The notes beneath the pieces are model-generated. The model was not told the origin of the DNA. It did not search any database and saw only the letters and a program-made list of their open reading frames with translations. Position numbers and translations under genes: made by a program. DNA of 64,000 bases from Camelus ferus. Lineage: Eukaryota. Of this stretch, positions 22,241 to 32,014 are shown in pieces (the stretch's first letter is position 1; every line of letters begins with the position of its first letter). The stretch spans positions 1,056,001 to 1,120,000 of the forward strand of contig NC_045698.1 in the NCBI RefSeq assembly GCF_009834535.1. Direction: 5' to 3'.

Positions 22241-23741
22241 TGACACGTGGAAGATCTGTTTAGCTACACAAACCACTAATTTGCTAATGTCAGTGCAGGT
22301 TGTTACAGCCCTGAGCACGGGGAAGAGGCCCATTCGCACCGCGAGCTTGACCAATGGGTTTTAATGTCACAGCATAACGTTTATTGCTATGGTTTCCGGC
22401 TTTATTTTGTGACTAGGCTTTAGGAAATGCTAATTTGTCAAGGTTTAGCATAATATCAAAGAAGAATAGTCCACATGGTCTGAAATTACTATTAAAATAC
22501 ACCTCTCTCTCCCAGCTGCGTGTCTGTCTGGGGCCTGGTTTTCTTGGCGTGTTTCACCTAAAACAGCACGTGACGCTGGACCGACTGCGGACGCGCGTGA
22601 GAGGTCAGCAGTCGGCTCTCGCCAGACATCAGAGCGATTGCAAAAATGTCAGGCAACGCACTCTTGTCACCGTGTACCTTGCAAAATTATTTTTAGTAAA
22701 AATATGCCATTTGTGCTAACAGGTAATAGTTTTGTTTTTATTCCTGAATAAATTAGTAAAGATTTTTAAGTGATCGGTTGTAATTTCCAACAGGGCGACC
22801 AGCAGTAGACATAACCCAGAGAAACCAAAGCGCCTTGGGGGCCTCAGGAGTACGTAGGGCTAAAGGGCGGAAGATTTGACAACTGCTGCCGTGAGGACCC
22901 GCCTGTGCCCTTCAGGGGTTTCTGTTTGGTCGTCTGGGAAGAGCCCCCTCCCTCCATCACCCAAGTGGACTGAGGTCTGTGTTGTGTCAGCGGAGGGCCA
23001 GGCTGCAGCGAGCGCACACTGTGCGCTGAACAGGAGACAGGCCTTTCCTGAAACAGAGCGGTGACAACTTGGCGCGACCTGCTTTCCTCACCAGAGGACT
23101 GACAGTGCCGTCCCCGGAACTCAGGGCGATAGTGAGGTTTCACTGTGTCTGTAGGAAATGCCTTTTTGCTCCATGAAGCTCTTTAGAAATCGACACATGA
23201 AGCTCGTTGATAACGGTCCCATTTGGGACAGAAAACAGGAGGACGCCACCCCGGGCGGCGCGTTTACAGATCCGAGGGGCGCGGGCGGGTGCTGTGGTTC
23301 TCACGTGGGCCCACGTCTCCGACCGAAGGCGGTCTGTTAGGTTCCATCCGTTCTCACTGCTGCACTCAAGGTTAGCAGTGAGCGCTGCACGGGTGTGTTT
23401 GATGCAAGTGTTACCGCGATCGAGGCTCCGATGTCTCCCGCCAGCACTGGGCCGATGGGTCTGGCCCGAGGGTCTGCATTACTCTGCCTGATGTCCACGC
23501 GACACTTACTGTGGACAGTGTTTCGCTGTAGGACCGATGCAGAGGTGAATGCAGGGAGACTGGCTGAAGTGTGGGGAAGGGCAAACGCTCAGAATCCTCC
23601 ACGCAGGGCTGGGAAGCCAGTGTCACCAGCCCCGGCCTTCAGCACCCTGTGTGCATTGCCACGTGCCTTCCTAAGGCTGAGAATTCTCCTTCCCTGCTGG
23701 GGTGCGAGCTGAGCCAGTGTCTTCTCCAGCAAAGGAGCTGG

Positions 23742-23940
23742 TGTATCAGTTATGGATTCCCACCATAATGGTGCATAACAAACACGCCCGAACTCAGCAG
23801 CTTGGAGCAACGAGCAGTGAATTTGTTTATTAGTGTTTGTCTGCAGCAGGCTGGGCTCTGAGGGCAGCCCCCCGGGCCCTGGCTGGGTCTGGGGCACCCC
23901 AGTTGGCTGTGGCTTAATGTAGGGTGGTCTCTGCGGCAGA
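23742..23940 (-). mobile_element. Old MaLR (MLT1-family) LTR fragment
   Basis: tgtatcagttat...gcataacaaacacgcccgaactcagcagctt resembles the MLT1 terminus. The right boundary is uncertain. Confidence 0.45.
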
Positions 23941-24442
23941 CTGAGGGGGACTGGGGGGGGTACCCAGCCCTGTGATCCTAATGCTGAGGGTTTCCTGCCT
24001 GTGTCAGTCTCTGCTCCCTTCCTGATTAAAGTTCTCCCCCCGGACCAGCAGGCTAGCCAGCTGATTGGCAGGAGGGGGGCTTGGTTTAAATATTTTACTC
24101 TAAGGTGGGGTAAAGTCAGGGTCCAGTGAAACACTGAACCCACCCCAAGTATTCCAGAGGGAGAAACGCAAGGTGAGGAATTGATGACACGGAGGTGGGA
24201 GGGCTGAGAAGCTGATGGGGCGCCTTTCAGCCACCCCAGCAGGCTTGGGGACACAGCCCAGCCCCACCCACCAGCCTGGGCCGGGCTGGGAGAAGCTGGA
24301 ACTTGGGAAGAAGTGGGGACTGGGGAAATTATTTGCTCGTCCCTCCCTGACCCCAGTAGGAAAGCGCTGCCAGGCCATCCCGGGGCTGGTGCAGGACAGA
24401 GGAGGGGCAGGAGTCTGAGGACGGACGGGCCGCTGGGCTGAA

Positions 24443-24489
24443 GGAGAGCCTGGCCTCCTGGGCCGACGGAGAGCCCGGCCTCCTGGGCC
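24443..24489. repeat. 25-bp imperfect tandem duplication (GGAGAGCCYGGCCTCCTGGGCC)
   Basis: Copies start at 24443 and 24468. Confidence 0.8.
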
Positions 24490-26805
24490 CAAAGGCAAGG
24501 GCATTTAATGAGCAGAGCTGCTCCCCAGTGGCACCCTGGCCTGGGGGTGGGAGCACTGGGCAGGGTGAGGGAGCAGCCCTCGCCTCCCCCGCCCAGTGCC
24601 TGGGGGTTCAGAGCCTAGCCCCCTCTCCCCGTGCGCAGACCCCTTCTGAAGCGTGCGCCGAGCGGGGCTGACTGCGGAGCCAGCCTCGCAAAGAAGAGCG
24701 GGCCCCCCACCTTCGCTTGCAGCCACGAGGCTGCTTCCTGCAGCCGCCTTCCGCGGAGGGGTCTCGCCCCTGGGAAGCTGTGCCCCCAGAAGACGGCCCC
24801 TCGTCCTCCACGACACCCAAACGACACCTGCCCCTCTTCTTACTTCTCTGGGTACTTTCTTGGAAACAAGGGACTTTGCAGGAGCATCGCCGTGCCAACT
24901 CAGGGAGCCTCATCCCGTCTTCGGTCCCCGGCCGCGTGGACGTCAATGTCGGCGCTAATGGCCTATTTGCGGTGGTGGGGTTTGTTTCAATCAGGCTCAG
25001 CCTCTCCCCCGACAGCGGGAGGCGCCTCATGAGCGGTGTCGCTGACGCTCCCGCTGATTTAGGTCCAGGGCGGCCTGTCGGGCGCCTCCCTCCACACACG
25101 CTCTGCGCACTCAGGGTGACGGATGGCACCTCTGTTAATAAGTGAAGCTTGTTCTGTGGTCAGAATGGCCGTCGCGCGCCCTGGGGGCGGCCCGACCCGG
25201 GAGGGGCTGACTCCGAAAGTTCGTTTCCCTGCGTCAGTGGTTTGCGCTCGTGTGGACCTGCCAACAGGAGCAGAGCGGCTGAGGGATGGGGGAAGCTGCC
25301 TCGGTGACTTCACGTGGAGCCCACACGGGAAAGGTTTCCTGGCATAAAACTGACTCCCGGGTCCAGCTGAAGATTCCAGAGCTGCGTCTCCCCTCTGGCC
25401 GCTCCGGCAGTGGGTGGGCCCGCTGCTCCCTCGAGCCACAGGCTCCCTGGTGGGGCCAAGGCCGGCAGGCATGGACCCGGGGGAGCTCTGTGGGGCCGGC
25501 AACGCTAACACAGCAGAAGCAGGTGGCTCTCGAAAAAGGCCAGAGGTGAGACTCTCTGGGGCCTACCCCCCCAGTTGCCCGCTTTCTAGGCCACTCTGAC
25601 CCCGACCTCCCCAGGGGCCCCCAGTCTCTGTCTCTCCTCCCTTGGCCTCCCAGCTGCCTTACTCTTGAGATGCCTCCTAAGGGGCCTCGCGGTCCTGGGA
25701 AAACACCCTGACGGGTAGGGTGTAGCCGGCAGACCTTCGGAGGCCTTTGCCTCCCAGCCTGCCCCCCTTCTGATGGAGCAGGTGTGCCCCGTGGTCCACT
25801 GTCCCTGCAGCCTGGCTGCGGGCCCCAGGCCCACCCTGACCGGGCTGCCAGGGACAGACCACACCTCCCTCCGTCCTGGCACTTGATGCTCCCGGTCGCT
25901 TCCTTCTAAGGGCGGATCCTCTGTCAGTGCCGGGCAGAGAGGACCTGCTGTCGGGGGTCCCCTCCTCTGTCCTCACTGCTCAACTCCGAGCAGCAGCCCA
26001 GCCGCCTGGGGCCCCTCAGAGGAGCCGTGTCAGGAAGCAGACTGAAATGTCCGGGTCCCAGAGCCGTCCTGAGCCTGGCCTGCTGCGACTCCGTGGGCAG
26101 GCCTCCCTCTGGGCGATGTCACCTTGTGCCTCCCACGTCGCTGGGCAGCTGGGATTCCAGCAGGACGTCGGAGGGGTCCCCGTGCTGGTGATCCTCACTG
26201 CGAGGCACCTGCGCTCGGAGGGTGAAGGCCTCTGTGCTTCCACCAAACAGTATTATCTGAATCACAAAATCAGTGATTTCTATGAAAAGAGAAACACAAT
26301 CTTCAAAAAGCGATGGTTACAAAGACTTAAATCCCTAAGGACCAGACAGCACAGGACGAGACTGGCCTCACTAGTTTCGGTTCAGGACGAACCAAGTCCA
26401 CACCCCCACCCCCTGCCACTCTGATTCCGTCTTCACACAAGCCTCCCAGTCGCCCTGTGGACGCAGGAGCGCAGACGCTGGAGAAACCACATAGACGGGC
26501 CCACGGTCAAGACCGGGCCGTAGGACACAGCACAGACCCGGGGTCGGTGTGGACACCGCCCGTCACAGCGACGACACATTCAGACCCACAGGCCCAGGGC
26601 CGAGTGCCAGGCAGGGCCCAGGCTGGACCCTTCCTGAGGAAGACCTGCAGGGAGGAGGGCCGGGCCTGCTGTCCCCTGGACCGAGGAGTGGCACCTCCCG
26701 ATCTCTGCCTAATGACGCCCGTGGAGCCCAAGGCCCAGGAGGGCCCGGCCCCCCCATCATGGCTGCGCAGGAGGCGGCAGCTGGAGGCCTGGCCGGGCCC
26801 TGTCC

Positions 26806-26819
26806 CTGCCCTCTGCTGG
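26806..26819 (-). promoter_or_regulatory. Candidate CTCF core motif
   Basis: The minus strand reads GG-CCAGCAGAGGGCAG, an exact match to CCASYAGRKGGCRS. Motif only; binding is not shown. Confidence 0.4.
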
Positions 26820-27147
26820 CCGGCAGGAGGGTTTCTGGGGGTCTCTGCGTGGGGCCTGGAGGCCAGGCCCTGCTCTGAGGAGGTGACGGGTGTGTCCCCT
26901 GGGGCCCATTTGCATGAATCAAAGCCAGACCCATGGGGAAAGAGAGGCACCCTCGCCGGCGGCCTGTCCTGCCCAGTCCACACAGAGGCAGCTGTGTTTG
27001 GGGCAGTCCCGCTGTGATATCAGGACGCCCCTCCTGCTGGGAGCTGTAGACCCAGGATTCTGGACGCAGGAGTCACGGGTCTCCAGCTGTGTCCAGGGTG
27101 TGTGAAGGCAGGTGGGGGCTGGGGCACATTTCCCTCCCTGCAGCTCG

Positions 27148-27763
27148 TGTACCTGAGCTGGACCCTGCAGGGCCTTCCTGGGACAGACCCCCATGTCCTC
27201 TGCCTGCCTCTTCTCTGTAGAAAAACTTTAGCCTCCTAAACCTCCCCAAGTTCCAAAGAATAAATGTAATCGGCGAAGTGAGAAAACACAGGAAAAAAAC
27301 AGTCAAGCAAGACAAACTAGTCATAGTTCAGCCGCTAAACAAAGTCAAGGACTCTCAGCTCCTCCTCAGGGGCTGTGGGCAATGCTCTGAGCCTCGTCCT
27401 TTGAGCTGTTCTGCAGACACCGAGGCCCCCACCCGGGGGAAGAGGCTGACTGCGAGCTGCCCCCCCACACGTGGACCCAGATCAGCTGGAACCAGAAGGG
27501 GGATGATGCCGACGCCCGGTGACCTCCCCACCGACCACTCAGAACAGCGTCCACGAGCTGACCACGCCCCCCACAGCCCCTCCCGCCCCCGTCTTTAAAC
27601 CCTCCCCTGAGAGCGGTGGGGAGTTCAGGCCCTTTGAGCACGAGCTGCCTGGACCTCTTGCTGGACACCTGCAATAAATGCTGCACTTCCCCTCACCACC
27701 ACCTGGGGGCAGTAGGTGGGTGTTACTGCGCAGGCGAGTGGACCCAAGTTTGGCTCAGTGACA
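27148..27763 (+). mobile_element. ERV1-like solo LTR (cetartiodactyl type), about 616 bp
   Basis: TG...CA ends with a terminal inverted repeat (TGTACCTGAGC / GCTCAGTGACA, 9 of 11 matching). TATA-like TTTAAA at 27594-27599 and AATAAA at 27673-27678. The internal text (tgtagaaaaactttagcctcc...aaacagtcaagcaagacaaa...aaacaaagtcaagga) matches my recollection of artiodactyl ERV1 LTRs. No PBS or internal genes follow. Confidence 0.8.
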
Positions 27764-27998
27764 CCGGGGGCTGTGCGGGTGGGCGTGAAACTCCCCCACA
27801 TGACCGAGAAGCCTGCGGTGAGGCAGTTGTGAGGACCCATGTATGTTTGAGGCCCACAGAGGGCCTCTCCTTCAAGGTCATGTGTCCCTTAATCACGTGG
27901 GCTGATGGGGCCTTCACCCGTCTCCGGGGTGGCCGTGCAGCCTGAGCGAGGCCCTGGTCTCTTCACGGAGCTGGTGCGCCGGACGGGGGCAGCTGGTG

Positions 27999-28042
27999 TC
28001 ATCTGGGTTCCACTTTGGTCTCATCTGGGTTCCACTTTGGTC
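27999..28042. repeat. Perfect 22-bp tandem duplication (TCATCTGGGTTCCACTTTGGTC x2)
   Basis: 27999-28020 is identical to 28021-28042. Confidence 0.9.
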
Positions 28043-28044
28043 TC

Positions 28045-28411
28045 TGTTGTGGCTGAACTGTGTCCCCCAAAGTCACATGTTGGTGTCCCAACTCCCAGAA
28101 GCTCAGGAAGGGACTGTGTTTGGAGACCAGCTCTCCAGATTAAGCTAAAATGAGCTCTTCGGGGTGGGCCCTAACCCCACAGGCCTGGGGTCCCTGTAAG
28201 AAGGGGAGATGTGGATGCAGACGGGCACAGAGGGCCGCGCTCGTGAGGACACGGGGCGGAGGCGGCCGTCTGCACTCCCAGGAGAGGGGCCTCGGAGCAA
28301 GCCCTGCGGACACCTGCGTCTCAGACTTGCGGCCCTAAGGACGGGAGACACGAACGTCTGTGGTTGGAGCCGCCCTGTCTGTGGGGTCGTTAGCCCCCAG
28401 CTGCTGAGACA
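28045..28411 (+). mobile_element. MaLR MLT1A/B-like solo LTR, near full length
   Basis: tgttgtggctgaactgtgtccccc...ttaagctaaaatgag...gggtgggccctaa...cacagaggg...gtgaggacac...ccctgcggacacct...ctgagaca follows the remembered MLT1B layout, TG...CA. Confidence 0.8.
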
Positions 28412-31400
28412 GCCCTCAGCGTGTCCAGGCCCCACCTTCCAGGTGGCTTTCTGCCTCCACCGAGAGGCTGGTGCTAAGGGGACGGTAGGGAGGGAGTGAC
28501 AGGGGTCCTGCTGGCACCTCAGGTCCCTCAGCTTGGTCTCCAGGGGCTCGGGGACCCTCTCGGCCCCGCCAGCCCCTCCTCCTGTGTCAGCCTGGCAGCC
28601 ACACCTCAGGGTCACTTTTCTCCAAGTCAGTGTTGACCAGGGGACACACAGCCACCCCACCGCACCGTCGGCCTCCCAGCGCTCGGCAAGCAGGGGAGGG
28701 GCCAGCCACCCGCCGGGCCTGCGCACAGGGGGCTCCCTGTTTGGAGCTGGAAGGCCTCGCGCGCCTGCCGCAAGCAGTCCACTCGCGGCCGGGCCACCGC
28801 GGGAGTTCTCCCCCCGGCGCCTGTGAGAGGCAGCCCGGCAGCTCACGGGAGCCGAGGGCCCGCGGCCTGCCCCCGAGGAGCGCCCCACGGGCCGAGCTCC
28901 TGGTGCTGTTTCCGTGGGAGGGAGGCTCTGGGGAGGAAGCCAAGGCCCCCAGATCTGCCCGGCGTCTCGGGCCAGACTCACCAGGGCCGTGTCCCTCCGG
29001 CTGTGGTCAGAAGGCCTCCTTGGAGGTGAGGAGGATGCTGGGGCCCTGGGGCTCGCTGCCTGGGGGAGCCCAGGGCCTCGGGGGCCTAGAGGCCCCAGGG
29101 CTGCCCGCGTAGGACTGATGACGGGGCCGCTGTCCAGGCCCTCCTAGCGTGGGGGGGTCCCAGGGCTCAAGGGCCCTCAGGGGTCCAGGCCCACCTGCGC
29201 TCCCGGCATACAGGTGAGCCCCCTCTGACCACCAGACACCAGCAGCTGGAGACCCGAGGGGGGCTGGCGCGTGAAGGGGCGGCAGCCTGGCAGCTCTGGC
29301 CTGTCCCTCCACCTTGGGGGGTGACAGCACCCCGACCCTGGCAGCCCCAGCCCACGGCTCCCCACGCCTCTCTGGAGCCAGAGCCCCAGGGGCCCCCAGC
29401 ACGTCTTAGCCTCCGACAGCCCTCTCCACTGTCCTCTGGTGGGTGGGTGGGGGGACAGGGGCGGGGGCAGTGGGGAGGGGCTGGCGGAGGCAGACATCCG
29501 AGCATGTCCTGGGACCTGGGCTGCGAGGTGGCTCAGGGAAGTGGGTCCCGTCCTGCAGCCGGGCTGAGAGCACCGGTCTCCTGCAGGCCCTTCCCCGCCT
29601 CGCCTGGCGGCCGGGCCCAACTTGCCCTGGACCAGGTGGTGGTGGACTTGCCACACGCGGGTCCCCGTGGGGTCAGGAGGCTTTCCTGGCTGAGCCCTGC
29701 CGCCGCTCCCGCCTTCAGTTTCCATGCGTCTCCCTAAGGAGCCAAGGCCAAGCCGGGCCCTCCTGAGCCCGCCTGACACGGCCCACGGGAGAAAGGGAGG
29801 CAGGCGGGGAGTAGCCGGGGGGCCCAGGGACCCTCGAGCAGGTGCCTGGAGCCTTAGCAAGTTGAGGAGATGACTGCGGGCAGGAGGGGGACACGTAAGC
29901 ACCTCCGTGTTGTGGGGCCGCCTGTCCACGCGGGCCCCGGGTCCCAGGGCCGCGCTCCTGCGCTGGCTGGGAGCCCAGGCGTGTGAGCCTCTTGGGCCGC
30001 TGCCTGCTGCCCCCCGCCTGGCCGTCCTCCTCGGGCTCCTGTCTCCCCCCCGTTGCCCACCGCCGCCCCAGCCCCAGCACGCAGCGCAGCCTCGAGTCCC
30101 ACGCCGCACGCAGAGCACGGCTCTCCCTCCTCCAGGCAGGTGGCAGGGGTTCCTCCGCCCGTGCCTGGCGTGACAGCGCCGGGTCCCAGACACTGACTTG
30201 TCCCCCAGCCATCACTGGGAATTAAAATGAACGGTCGTCCTGACACGAGGGGAGACGGGCCTCAGACGCCCGACGGGTCCCACTCGCAGCAGGAAACCTG
30301 CAATCAAATTCTAACAAAAGGTCACATTTGCAATAAGTAAAGAGGAAACACTGGTAATTGGTTCTGGAGCCCGTTAATACCTCTGCAGCCTCTGAGAGGC
30401 AACCTGATGGACTTGAAACCCTTTTGTTCAGGTAATTAAAAATGAGATTTCATTATATCATTAAAAATGAGGGCACACGAGCTGTTTTCTCTGCTGTGTG
30501 ATGTTGTCGCAGGGGGAGTGTGTACCCAGGCAGGCCTGGCCCTCGTTGCGGGCATAAATGGAGCTCTCAGGTCCCCAGAACCCCCCACCTGCTCGGATGG
30601 AGGCGGCAGTCAGGAGGCTGGGGGGCACCACAGGGCCCAGGGGTGTTGGGGGGCCGGGGGAGAAAGGGCGGACTCGGGCTCTAAACCGGTCCTGCGCTGC
30701 CTCGTTTCCTACACGAGAGATCATCCGTGGACTCGATTATAAGGCAAGTGGAGGAGACTCGGGGTCCGACTCCTGGGGCCCCGGCCGTCCTCCCACGGGC
30801 AAGGGTGGTGCACGGCTGTGGCGGCCCCAGACACAGGGCGGTGGTGTGAGGGGGCAGTTTGAGGATCAGGGTGCTGGCCTGGCCACGTCCCCAGGACTAA
30901 AAGGTGATGCCCCACCTCTCCACCCTCACGACGGCCCCCCGGAAAATCAGATGAAACCTCTGTATCATGAAATCTCACCACGTATAGAAACCGGGGTGAG
31001 AAATCACATCTAAAAAGAAAGACACGTTTTGTGAGTCCTGTTTGTTGGTGTGATTGTTTCTTTTATTTCAATCCCAATGGTGAAATATTTGCGGGCACTT
31101 TTCTTTTTCCCTTTTCCAGTTTTATCAGGCAGAACTATTACCGTCCGACCGCACGTGCACATCACACTGCATGTAAACACACGTGCACGGTACATACATG
31201 AAGGAAGCGGGCACTTTGTTCAAACTGTGATGTGGCGGCTTCGCAGACGACAAGCAGAGTCTCAGCCGCGTGGGAACTGCTGTTCAGAATTCAGCGTCCC
31301 TTCAACGTCCCCACAGTGCGCTGGCTGCAGCGTGCAGACCCGCCATGTGCCGCCCCTTGGTGCCTCGACGGCCTCTGTCCCCTGAGGACCTGGCCACACG

Positions 31401-31527
31401 AGGTCCTGCCCACTTCTTGGTGCCCAGGATTGGGGCCCCTCGTCAACCCCCCTGCAAACCCAATTGTCATCTTTTGATGAAACAGTTTTTGTTACTTAAC
31501 AGAAGAAAAATCATAATATTCCAGATC

Positions 31528-32014
31528 TTTCTTTCTCTTTTTTCAGTTGAGGTGCAGCCAGTTTGCGGTGTCGTGCCAGCCTCTGGGGCACGGCACGGTG
31601 CTTCGGCCAGACGTGAACAGACCTGTACTTGCTTTCATGCTCTTTTCCACTGTACTCCCTACAAGGGGTTGAATACAGTCCCCTGAGCTGCACAGTAGGG
31701 CCTTGCTGTTTATCTAGTTTATACACAGCAGCGTGTGTCTGTAAATCTTGGACTCCCGGCTCATCCCTTCCCACCCCTTCCCCCTTGGTAACCATGTCTG
31801 TCCTACTCTGTGTCTGTGAGTCTGCTTCTGTTTTGTGAGTAAGTTCATTTGTGTCATTTTTTAAGATTCCGCATGTACGTGATGTCGTGTGGCGTCTGTC
31901 TTCCTCTGTCTGGTTTACGTTACTGAGTGTGACCGCCGCCAGGTCCGTCCATGCTGCTGCAGATGGCATTATTTCATCCTTCATGGCTGAGTAGTGTATT
32001 CTCTTGGTAAACAC
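31528..32014 (-). mobile_element. 5'-truncated L1 (3' UTR plus end of ORF2), resembling camelid/cetartiodactyl L1
   Basis: Degenerate poly(T) at 31528-31543 is the A-tail on the minus strand. Hallmarks include gttgaatacagtcccctg, ccccttggtaaccat, tctgtgagtctg, aagttcatttgtgtc and atggcattatttcat...atggctgagtag. The minus-strand translation YSAMKDEIMPSAAAWTDL resembles the L1 ORF2 C-terminal YSAIKKNEIMPFAATWMDL. Confidence 0.9.

Noticed and set aside
21920..22354. 144-aa minus-strand ORF
   Set aside because: Antisense to the disrupted Charlie transposase relic.
27764..28044. Proviral internal sequence between the ERV1 LTR and the MLT1 LTR
   Set aside because: The two LTRs are unrelated, and there is no PBS, polypurine tract or gag/pol remnant.
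31511..32014. 167-aa minus-strand ORF
   Set aside because: Decayed L1 ORF2 C-terminus plus 3' UTR, not a host gene.
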